Source: Azolla caroliniana (lineage: Eukaryota; Plantae; Polypodiophyta). Taken from it: 64,000 nt of DNA. The stretch lies in contig JBHGNT010000012.1 in assembly GCA_043228905.1 (NCBI GenBank), positions 14,322,001 to 14,386,000 on the forward strand, written 5' to 3'. Below, in pieces: positions 53,701 through 64,000 of the stretch. Numbering within the stretch: position 1 is the stretch's first letter; every line of letters begins with the position of its first letter. The notes below the pieces were generated by a model. That model did not search any database, was not told where the DNA came from, and saw only the letters and a list, made by a program, of their open reading frames with translations. A program made the translations under genes and the position numbers.

Positions 53701-56468
53701 CTTCTTCTAGTGAAATCAATGTAACACGTCGGTCATCATTGCTACCGACGACGAGTACACGGGAAGGCATGGCTGAAGCTCTTGCAGAAATCACAAGAAG
53801 GTATCATCCTACCATGAAAGTGTCATCATTTTAAATTTGATAATGTATGATATTACGTATAAGAGCTTGATAACTATGCATTTTTTCTCAATATTTCGTA
53901 TTGCTGGGGAATCAAATGCCTACAGAAGATGATTTCAACAAAATGACCAATAAGTAAATCATCTAGAGGGCAAGCATGGTGTTGCATACAGAGAGAGCAC
54001 TAGAATCACTTATGTCGAGGCGACCAGGGTCCCACATATCTATGCATGGAGGTGCCCTGTCTTTTTATTCATATATAATATCCTGGTTTTCCCTATATAA
54101 TTATTATCCATCCGTTGAGTTAGATTTGCACAACTGGGATGCATAAATGTTAGTCTCATTGGTCATTTGGTCTACTCTATTATATGGGGTCTATCCATCC
54201 ATTATGTTAGATTTGCACAAATTGAGATGCATTGATGCTGGCCGTATAGGTCATTTTGGTTCACTCTCTATCAGATACTATCTTATTGTTCTAGTTCTAC
54301 ACAATTGGGAATTTGAAGAAGTTTATATATGACATTTTATTTATATCTTTTTTTTATGATGGGTAGAGTACATATACTAACTCCAAGAAATGAATTCGCA
54401 GGTCTTCGTACTTCAGGAAAATCGAAGATGATGTTCAGAAACACGCAGATTCTATAATGGAGGTGAAATCTAGACTGGAGGCATTTTCGACCGATGATAT
54501 GAGGGGACTATGGGAATTCCATAAGAGCATCGAGTCACGGCTTGAGCAATTAACCGATGAGTCCCAGGTCCTTATATTATTGCATATACCTCCAAAGCTT
54601 GGAGTATTAAATTTCAAAATATGTGAACATATTTGGCTGACATTGGCTCCCACCCATTCAACAATGAGCTATATACATATGTTTTGGATTATTCTAGACC
54701 TCATTTCAGGCCTCATTATAAAGCTTTATTTTCTTTGTGATTATGATTTTTATAGGTGCTTGCACGTTTTAATGGATTTCCAGTTAAAAAGCTCGAGACC
54801 TTGAGGGCAGCAGCATCTTTATACAGTAGAATGAACTCTTTGCTAGAACAAATAAAGGGCTTTGCAATTGAACCTCCTGTTCAGGAGCAGATCGAAAAAG
54901 CCACTTCATTATTTGAGAAGGTATACATAGCATAAAATGTGTGTTATTCACATTGCAATGGAAAGATGTTTTTTTAGCTTTTCTACGTGGTTTGTTTTGA
55001 GAAAGCTACTTACTTTCTTCGGGAATGTATATATATGCATGCATATGTTCAGTTCATTTTGTTGAAAAGATGCTTGTTCATCAGTTTTCTTTTGTTTTTT
55101 TATACACTATTCTTATTTGATGCTAGCAAAACGCTCCAAATTTACTTGTTAACATTTTTATATAGTTTATTTGCTTTGCTAACATTGTTTTTTTTATGCT
55201 TGATATTCTATTTTACATGGCTCATTGTTATTGGTTTATTTTCTTGAAAAACCAAGGTTAAGGCAGAAGTAGAAGGCATAGAGAGAACAAAGGATGACGA
55301 TCTTCAGCGTTTTAGAAATCAGAAGATTTACTTCAGTTTTGAGATAATCAATAGCATCAAAGAAGCTGCGGTTGACTTATCATCAAGATGTCTGGCATCA
55401 GCATTACAGGTGAGAGGTTTTAACAAAGATTCTGCCATTGTAGGGTGGGGGGGTTAATTAAGCACAAGTTATAGCTACATTTATTAGGTATTGGTTAAGG
55501 TGGGCCATTTGCTCTAGGGTTTATGAATATATAAATGACTCTCTCAAGCATGGGTCGGACCTAGTGTTTGAATGGAAATGCATTGCTAATGTAGCAAGAC
55601 CTCTTTGGTATAATATATTGGGTTCTGATACAAAACTCTTGTATTGCCAAAATGTACACTGGCTTGAATCTGAGTGACCCAGAAATCAATGACAATCTGG
55701 CAAAGAATCATTTGTTGGCTGGAAAAGGGTGGTTGTTGACAACTTCTTGTCTGACAAAGTGTAAAAAAAGCTCATTAGGATTATCATACACATTGACGAA
55801 AATGAATGCCTTCTTTACAGGTTCTAGTAAGAGGCATTGTCAATCAAATACATTGTAATGTGTTAACTTGAGGCATTAAGATTATCATATACAATGGCCA
55901 AATCTGCACACATTGTTCGAAGAACACTTTTGTGAGGGGAACACACCGCACAGAAGGATTGAATTTAGGTTGAGACGGATCCATCACAAGATCTTTTTCA
56001 ACTAGCCACTTTGGGCAACATTATTCTGTGAATTCCTCTCTATGACCAACACTTTTATGTTAACTAATCATATATTTCATTACACTATCTATGCAGTTAG
56101 TAGAGTGCAATCTTAACACACCAAAAGGATGACTGAACTGTCAATTGATAGCTTAATACCACTCATTGATTATACTACTGACTGACACTCAATTGTACAA
56201 GGATGTCTAAATGTGTGTATTGTTTTTGTCATGTTATCAGGAGAGCCAGAGATCCAAGGCAAGCGTTGAGGAAGAGAATGTTTGTGCCAAGGATATGAGT
56301 AAAGTGAGGGTCAATTTTCAAATGCTATATAAAGCATTTCAACTAGCCTTTAGGGTCCATAATTTTGCAGGAGGGCATGATGAGAAGGCTGAGAAGCTAT
56401 CCATGGACATAGCCCTAGAGATGGAGACCTATCCTTCATCTCTCTGGTCTGAACTTGTAACCAAGTAG
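50738..56468 (+). CDS. At4g04980-family / CHUP1-like protein with polyproline region, 12 coding exons
   Basis: Approximate exons 50738-50773, 50860-50958, 51110-51310, 51422-51529, 51778-51846, 51982-52039, 52162-52356, 52621-53800, 54402-54567, 54756-54920, 55257-55409 and 56241-56468. Motifs MAEALAEITRRSSYFRKIEDDV, LTDESQVLARF.GFP.KKLE and AFQLAFRVHNFAGGHD. Start codon uncertain. Confidence 0.85.
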
Positions 56469-58227
56469 GAGGAAGACCTTTCCTGGTATATATGGAAGAA
56501 TTCCCCTAATGTCATCACCAATTTTGAAGGGTATGCTTTGGAGTGTAGTAGGAAAGGGAAGTATTCTTATGATTCTCTTCTCTCTTAAAACTCCCAAAGC
56601 AATTCCTTAACCATCACATTCATTCATCATTAATCAATTTTCTAAACATCATTATCCCACATCCTTGGTCATCATTAGTTGCGTGTTTGATGGATTTGAC
56701 ACATTTGATGTCTCTGGTTATATATATTCATCATGCATTGTGTATTACAATCCTAATGCACTATTTGAAGACAGTGTGTTTCAAAGATGCAATAGTGATG
56801 TGCTAATTGTGTGGATGACTAATGAGTGTTTTCTAGATACAACATAATTGCCTAAACTTTGGTTGAGATTCGACACTTTACAATTGACAATTGCCCATCA
56901 CTTGTTGAAGATCTTTATAACATTTGTAGATGGTTAATATGAGTGAATGATAATGCAAGTTATATAAATTTGATAAAAAAAATAGATTCAAGTTGAATCA
57001 TTAATATTCCCAAAGAGAAATCAAGAAAATGAACTCAGTTCTTTTTGAAATAGAGCCTCAGAAATGCTTTTGAAATTATCATCTTCACTGTACATACAAA
57101 AGCATAGCTATGATATGTTTGTTGGGATTCACAATAGCACTTTATAACTTCATTAGAGACCAAAAACCTACAAAATCATGCACAATACTACACCAGAATT
57201 TCGCTTGGAAAACCTTTTGGGAGGGATAAGAAACCATAGGACCAAGTCCAAAACAGACTTCACATCAAGCTATGTTCGAGATTTAAACTAGTCACAACCT
57301 AAAACAACTCGAATGAAACTCAATTTCATAAATGGTGACAATTTCATCAAAATCATTACCTTTCTTTTGTCTAAGACCCTTCACAACCAAACACACATTA
57401 TGGTTTACAAGCTTATGATCATCTTGTTTCTAACTTGAATGCCCACATGTTTTTCAAGGCTTTTCTTCCCTTTGGAAGTTCAACTAAATCAAATGTGTTA
57501 TTTTTCCTTGAAGGGTTCATTTTGTCATGCATGGCTTTTATTCAATTATCCTTAACCTTATGGTTTTCCACATTATCAAAACTCTTTGGCTCCTTCCCCC
57601 CATCAAAGATCGAGATATAATGTGAAATAGGATATCTTATAGATGGTTGTCATTCTCTAGTAGACCTTCTACACTTGTTGATTAGTTGCCTCGCCTAAGG
57701 AAATGTGCTCTCGCCGCTCAATGCCTACATGTGGTAAAATAACATCATCATTAGACTCAATCCTATTATCTATAATATGTGGCTCACCAACATGCGCCTA
57801 GTCTTTTACCTTCTATTTAAGTGTTTGATTCTTTTACCTTTTCGATGTCTCCAATGGTTTTCTCCTCGACGAACACTATACCGCAACTTCGAATAAATTT
57901 CATTTCCATTGGGTCATAACATCTATAACCAAATTAATCTTATACCTAAAAAAGAAGTTTAGACTTAACATCATTACCATATAAAACACCTATTAGGATT
58001 TCTACGGTTCACCTTGCAATGCAATAGTAGGAGATAGGTTAAGCCCAAAATTTTTTAGAGAACTTTGCATGTGAGATGAAGCATCATTACATTCCACTAG
58101 AGGGTCAACTATTTCTTGAGATTTCTGTTTGGATATCCACCACGAGGTTGTGGTTTACATGCTCTAGACCAATTTTTTCTCATGGTGTGTAGAGGTGTAA
58201 AAGTTTCTCTAGTTCTTAAGGGGATTG

Positions 58228-58545
58228 TGTTGGGTCTATCCACTCAAGTGGAGCCCACAAGCGGCAGACAACTGAGAGATGATTGATATCCAACCGAGAG
58301 TCAAGAGCTAACTAAGAGTCGGTTGAGGCCGAATAGCCGATTGAGAGTCGGCTGAGGCTGAAGAGCCAATCGAGAGCCAGTAGATAGCCGAGTGTGGGCT
58401 AAGGACAGAGCTGGCAATGAGCGACGTCAACGGCCAATTGGGAGTTGGTTAAGAGCATACAACCGATTGGAATTCGGTTGAATGTCGATTCAACCAAGGG
58501 TTGAATCGACTGAAATAACTAAATTGACTGAGAGCCGATTAAAAA
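58228..58545 (+). mobile_element. Fragment of a copia-like LTR
   Basis: Begins TGTTGGG and has repeated AGCCGA/AGTCGG motifs like the U3 of the 2.7-14 kb copia. Confidence 0.45.
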
Positions 58546-58910
58546 ATTGCTAGAACTCAAAAGTAATATTTATAACACGTTCACTTCAGAAGTGGAAGGA
58601 TCCCCCATTCCACTTTTAGATTCCTTTTATAATTGTGCAAATTTATGCAATATATAGAAACTTGTTACACCAATATCACACGTTCGTCAACCCATACAAA
58701 ATTTACTAAATTATTAATATTTAACAAGTTTCAAAGTTGAAAACATTTGAAGTTGGTGATCTCGAAATATGAAATGTAATTAAAATTAAGAATATGACAA
58801 TTGTTTATTCATTTGACAAAAGTTAAACTTTCAAACAATATTATGCAATATGCAAAGTTCAACTTGATTGAAATGTTGAGGAAATCATTATCTGTAGACA
58901 TAAAATGTAG

Positions 58911-59287
58911 TTTTTTTTTTCCAAAATGGAGCTACTTTCTCATTAGTTAGGAAGGATTATTACAAAGAGACTATACAATGAGGCTAATACACAAATCGGG
59001 GAATCTCCCTCCGATCAAGTTCAAGAAAATGAGACTACTTACATAGCCTTTCAGACTGACTACATTAAACTTAATGTAAGTAGATACCCATAACTAAAAA
59101 CGGTGCCATTCAGTGTTGGCTAGTACGAGCCAACTCCTAGGGCCTACAACGAAGGGAGGGTGACCGGTGTGTTGGAAATAGCCAGCGTGGGGGCTGGTAG
59201 TTCCACCTCGAGCCACTTCCTCCTTGTGTCACCATAGGCGTGTTCCGCCATTTCTACCAAAAGCGCAAACGGGCAGTGACCACGTCA
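58911..59287 (-). mobile_element. 3' end fragment of a second related LINE
   Basis: Minus-strand translation ARLRFW*KWRNTPM..RWNYQPPRWLFP matches the ORF2 end at 42294-42515 (RWNYQAPRWLFP); T-run at 58911-58920 corresponds to poly(A). Confidence 0.75.
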
Positions 59288-60690
59288 TGTCACGGACACA
59301 CCAATCGCGGACTCGGATGGAACATGGATGATGAGGCTACGACGGAGCGATGAGGCGAGGAACTTAAGATGGGGAACGTCACAAGAGCATAAAGATAGAG
59401 ATGAAGATTAAGGAAAGAAGATGGGCGAAACGGGAATACTAGATTGATATGTCCATGACTGGCGTTGAATCCCTTGAAAGGGACCACGGAGGTTACAAGT
59501 ATTTATACTATGAGTCGAAGTACATGCATTAGAATATTGGAGAATATTTTATCTCTAGAACCTTCTAGTTCTAGAACTTTCTACAAACTACTAGAACTTA
59601 AAATAGATAATCTACGGACATATACATAGCATAACCATGTATTTGGATGTATTGGTTAGAACATAACACTTGACTATAATACAAATCGTCAAGAGTTCAA
59701 ATCTTGGCATGACTATTGTCATGTCCGTGACATTATCCTCCCTTTTATGGTCGCCTTTTCGGAAGCGTGGTGTAGGGTAAGCTGAAAGAGAAAATCGGAG
59801 ATGGCTGAGGAGTGAGTGACCATTAGCTGTCCTCACTAGAGGTTAGAACATCAAGAGACGTGAGCGACCATGTACGGTCCTCACTGAGAACAGGAACACG
59901 GGAATAGGAACACGAACGAGTGTGATCGATCATGTGGCCGTCAACGGGAACTCGAACACGAACGAGCGTGAGTGACCATGTGGCCGTCACCGGGAACTCG
60001 AACACGAACGGGAGTGAGCGGCCATGTGCGGCCCTCGCCAAGAACTAGAACATGAACACCAACGGGAATGAATGAGTGGCCTCGTGCGGCCTTCACCGGG
60101 AACTGGAAGACGAACACCAATGGGAGTAAGTGGCCTCGTGCGACCCTCACCGAGGACACGAACACCGACGGGAATGAGCGGCCTCGTGTGGCCCTCACCG
60201 GGGACACAAACATCGACGGGAGTGAGCGGCCCTCATCGGGAACTAGAACACGAACACGAACAGGAGTGAGTGACCATGTGGGGCCCTCACTAGGAACTGG
60301 AACACTTGACGTCGATGAAGGCTAGGCAAAGTAGTGTTGATGACAACACTAAGAGGTGCTAAAATTGATGATGTCAAAGATAAAGCAATGAAGATAATGA
60401 TGTTCTGAAAGTGACTTTGGAAGTAATGACTATGAGTATGACAATGCTGGAAACTGAGAAATAGATGAAGAGGATAAGAAACATAGATATCAAGATGTTG
60501 AGGATAAAAAGAAACACGAAGACATGGATATAGAGGATGATAGAAAACATAGTGATAAGGACGAAGATGATAAGAAACACATAGATAGGGATGATGATAC
60601 GAAACACATAGAAATGAAAATGGTAGGAAACAAAGGGGGAAGGATGACAATGACAAAAGCGCAAATATAGGGATGATGATGATAAGAAAC

Positions 60691-60756
<66 letters not shown>

Positions 60757-61368
60757 TCAAACTGTCACGGCCACACCAATCGCGGACTCGGACGAAACAC
60801 GGATGATGAGGCTACAATGGAGCGATGAGGCGAGAAACTTAAGACGGGGAACGTCACAAGAGCATAAAGATAGAAATGAAGATTAAGGAAAGAAGATGGG
60901 CGAAACGGGAATACTAGATTGATATGTCCATGACTGGCGTTGAATCCCTTGAAAGGGACCACGGAGGTTATAAGTATTTATACTATGCGTCAAAGTACAT
61001 GTATTACAATATTCTGGATAATATTCGAGAGAATATTCTAGATTCTTCTAGAACCTTCTAGTTCTAGAACTTTCTACAAACTACTAGAACTTAAAATAGA
61101 TAATCTACGGACATATACATAACATAACCATGTATTTGGATGTATTGGTTAGAACATAACACTTGACTATAATACAAATCGTCAAGAGTTCAAATCTTGG
61201 CATGACTATTGTCATGTCCGTGACATTATCCTCCCTTTTATGGTCGCCTTTTCGGAAGCGTGGTGTAGGGTAAGCTGAAAGAGAAAATCGGAGATGGCTG
61301 AGGAGTGAGTGACCATTAGCTGTCCTCACTAGAGGCTAGAACATCAAGAGACGTGAGCGACCATGTAC
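59288..61368 (-). mobile_element. Non-autonomous LTR element (TRIM/LARD-like), tandem arrangement
   Basis: LTRs 59288-59732 and 60763-61225 (TGTCACGG...CCGTGACA), each adjoined by the same PPT and internal 3' sequence; non-coding interior with ~45-bp repeats (59850-60300) and (TA)n (60695-60751). Confidence 0.8.
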
Positions 61369-61774
61369 GTTAGTAATAATGAAGCATATTAATGAAACAT
61401 ATGGACACTATGGACATAAATTCCATGAACAATATCATCTAGAGATTAACCATACACACCCATGAAAGAAGACACCCATACACACATATCATATAATTAA
61501 TGGACTACTTGGACACTCATTATGGTCACACCCAAAAGTACGGTGGGTCCGAAATGTAGAACATATGTGATGATCAAAAGTTATAATGTTGATTAAAACA
61601 TGTAGCTCAAGTTATAACGTCGATAGCAACCACACAAATGTAACAATATAAACAATTAAAGAAACAATATAAACATTGGTAGACATATGTAAAGAAACAA
61701 TATAAACATGCAACGGTTAGATTCAAATGTCAATATACATTGGTGACTAAAGTTTTACATAGCTATTAAGGTGC

Positions 61775-62066
61775 CTACATCATTATCATCTTCATCTCGT
61801 TGAGAACTTCACATATTGTTGCAGTGCTATCGATACCAGAGAGACCGACAATTGTAGGGTCCTTTTGATGGTAATAATCGAGATCAATAAGTTTCCCGGG
61901 TTCATCAACTAACAGATGAATTAGCTCATGGGAGGCTGTTTGAAATTGCGCGGTATAAACAATGTGTTTGGCCCCTACTTCCTCATCTTGGTCAGGACAT
62001 TCCCATAATGCTTTAATCCTCTTGTTAATGAAATTGACTTGTTCATGCACATGCTGATGTATTACC
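61775..62066 (-). pseudogene. Exon of an unknown protein homologous to 32690-32870
   Basis: EQVNFINKRIKALWECPDQDEEVGAKH versus EQVNVIKMRIQGIWGCPDQDQEVGAKH; preceded by an AG acceptor. Confidence 0.6.
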
Positions 62067-62077
62067 TATTTGAAAAT

Positions 62078-63495
62078 TGTTGGCATAAAAGGCCGACTCT
62101 TTCCAACTTGTATCCGTCCTAGTGTGAACTCGTCCATAAGTTAAGGCTTAGTATATAAGCAATAACCTAATGTTATAAAACACATCATCCTCTTGTTTTA
62201 TTGTATTGTATCTATGAGAGAGAGAGCAAAAGAGAGAACGTAATAAAGCTTTCCATTAAAGCTCGATCTGTGAAAGTCTCTGTCTCTTCCATTCTCTATG
62301 TGTGTTGTTTGCTGTGCAGAACCGAATACAGGTCATCAATAACATTTTCGGATATACACATACGCATCAACTGGTATTAGAGAGACCTTGCTTCTTCGCG
62401 GCAACAAACAACAGAAGAAGCTGAAAGAAAAGACTAGGTCAGTAAATCTCACTTCAAAAAGAATATGGCTTCAACATCCAGGACAAGAGTTGAAATCAGA
62501 AAGTTCAACGACAAAAACTTTGCCCTATGGATGGAGATGATGCAGGATGTGTTGATCATTCAAAGACAGGTCAACGCTATTCGGCACAATGAAAAGCCTA
62601 CTACGATGACAACAGAAGAGTGGAGATCAATGGACAAAATAACACTATCCGCCATCTGAATGCATCTGGCTGAAAACGTTTATTTCGGCATGGCAAAGGA
62701 GATGACGACGTTCTCATTGTGCGAGAAGCTACAGGCCGTTTACACAAAGAAGTCCGATTTTGATCAAAGAACTTTTCAACATGAAGATGAGAGAGACTGA
62801 TCCAGTAGCCTCCCACATCAACCCCTTCAGCCGGGTGTTGTCAGAACTCTCCTCACAAGGGATCAACTTCGAAGAAAAAGTTAAAGCCCTTGCCCTCCTA
62901 TCGAGCTTGCCAGCGAGTTGGGAGGTATTCTGCATGACATACGCCAATAGCCGACCGATCCTAAATCTGGATGAAACAATCGGCCAACTCCTCATAGAGG
63001 ACATTCAACGAAAATCGGTGGGACTAACTATTGATGAGTCGGTAGAAGACCACCACTCGACTGACAGAGTCGAACAAGAGAACAAGCTGATAGAACCGGT
63101 CGGAACACCAACCGATCGAAAACGAGGGGAGACTGATAGCGGTAGAAGTCGAGAATAGGCCGATCAAATGAGTTTTGCAGGCATTGCAGAAAAGCTGGCC
63201 ACAATGTTTTAGACTGCGAGTCGATCAAGAGGAAAGAGAGTGGTCGACGATCCAAGCAGAATCGAGGACGATCTGACTCGGACCACTCTCTAGTCGGCAA
63301 CCAAATCAACATTGCCAAAATCAGATCTGAAGAAATCCTCCCCTTAGAGGACTCGATGATCGGAGAAGTTCTCTACAGTGCACAAGATGCACACACGTGA
63401 TTATTGGACTCTAGTGCCACATTCCACGTGACCCCCAACATCAAATGGTTTTCGAACTATTCGGCCGACACCAATGGCACAATCTGACTGGGAAA
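62078..63495 (+). mobile_element. 5' part of a second Ty1/copia element (LTR, PBS, degenerate gag-protease)
   Basis: LTR ~62078-62369 (TG..CA); PBS TGGTATTAGAG; gag (KFNDKNFALW, LLSSLPASW), CCHC knuckle and protease LLDSSATFH. Confidence 0.85.
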
Positions 63496-64000
63496 TGTCA
63501 TGATATGGCAAGACTCGAACCCATGACCTTAAGTTATATGGGTCGAGCTCTTGACCATTAGATCATCTATTGTAATACGTACGATATTATTTTCATTTAC
63601 ATTTTATTATAGGAAATTAGTGTATATTCCAGATTTCTCTGGAACATTCTAGAAGCTTCAGGATTACTCTTGAAAACACTATAAAAGAGGGCACTAGGCA
63701 TTATGTTGAACCAAATTGGTTCAACGCCAGTCTTAAGCCTTTTAGCCACCATTGTATATTCTCTTCATATAATACATATCTTTCTTAGCATCACTCTCTC
63801 TCTCTCTCTCAATCTCTCTTTCTCTCTGTCTTGCTCACTTCTTCCTTCTCTCGAAGAAGTTCCACACCTCTCATAGTACTAATCCTTCGTTTAGTACTAA
63901 TTTCTTCTCTGTCTCAGTACTGTTCATGACAGTTTCAACCAATTTTCCCTACCTTTTGTCTCTCTCATTTCCTACTAATCTTTTATTCCTCTTTTCTTTC
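63496..64000 (+). mobile_element. 5' LTR and leader of another Tcn1-like chromovirus inserted in the copia protease region
   Basis: LTR 63496-63931 (TGTCATGA...TCATGACA) followed by GTTTCAACCAATTT; same LTR architecture as 7495-7965. Confidence 0.8.

Noticed and set aside
53123-53794. Minus-strand Gly/Val-rich ORFs
   Set aside because: Antisense shadows of the polyproline exon.
52632-53834. Formin (FH1-like polyproline)
   Set aside because: Downstream exons encode the CHUP1-like C-terminal domain, not FH2.
59823-60760. Repetitive ORFs in the non-autonomous LTR element
   Set aside because: Translations of tandem repeats and (TA)n with no gag or pol motifs.

Overview
Eukaryotic plant genomic DNA, most likely from a seed-free vascular plant such as a fern. 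This inference rests on a DYW:KP-type PPR gene, a PLD-type PGS1 and Tcn1-like chromoviruses. Four host genes are present: the 3' end of a PLD-type PGS1 (1-258), a PLS-E-DYW:KP PPR gene (minus strand, ~14.9-18.3 kb), a 9-exon S1/P1 endonuclease (23.1-26.5 kb) and a 12-exon At4g04980/CHUP1-like gene (50.7-56.5 kb). They lie among nested transposons: a Ty1/copia containing a full Ty3/gypsy chromovirus; a TSD-flanked L1-type LINE containing an unclassified TIR element and a rearranged chromovirus; a tandem non-autonomous LTR element; a second copia interrupted by another chromovirus LTR; and several MITEs. The most notable observations are: (i) four distinct chromovirus-type LTR families share an antisense tRNA-like A/B-box cassette and heat-shock-element arrays, and the three with an intact PBS appear self-priming; (ii) an unclassified TIR element with a 4-bp TSD is built around a ~1.9 kb palindrome array and carries an unknown exon that recurs at 62 kb; (iii) a candidate U-to-C RNA editing factor. 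All calls come from reading the sequence by eye; no searches were run.
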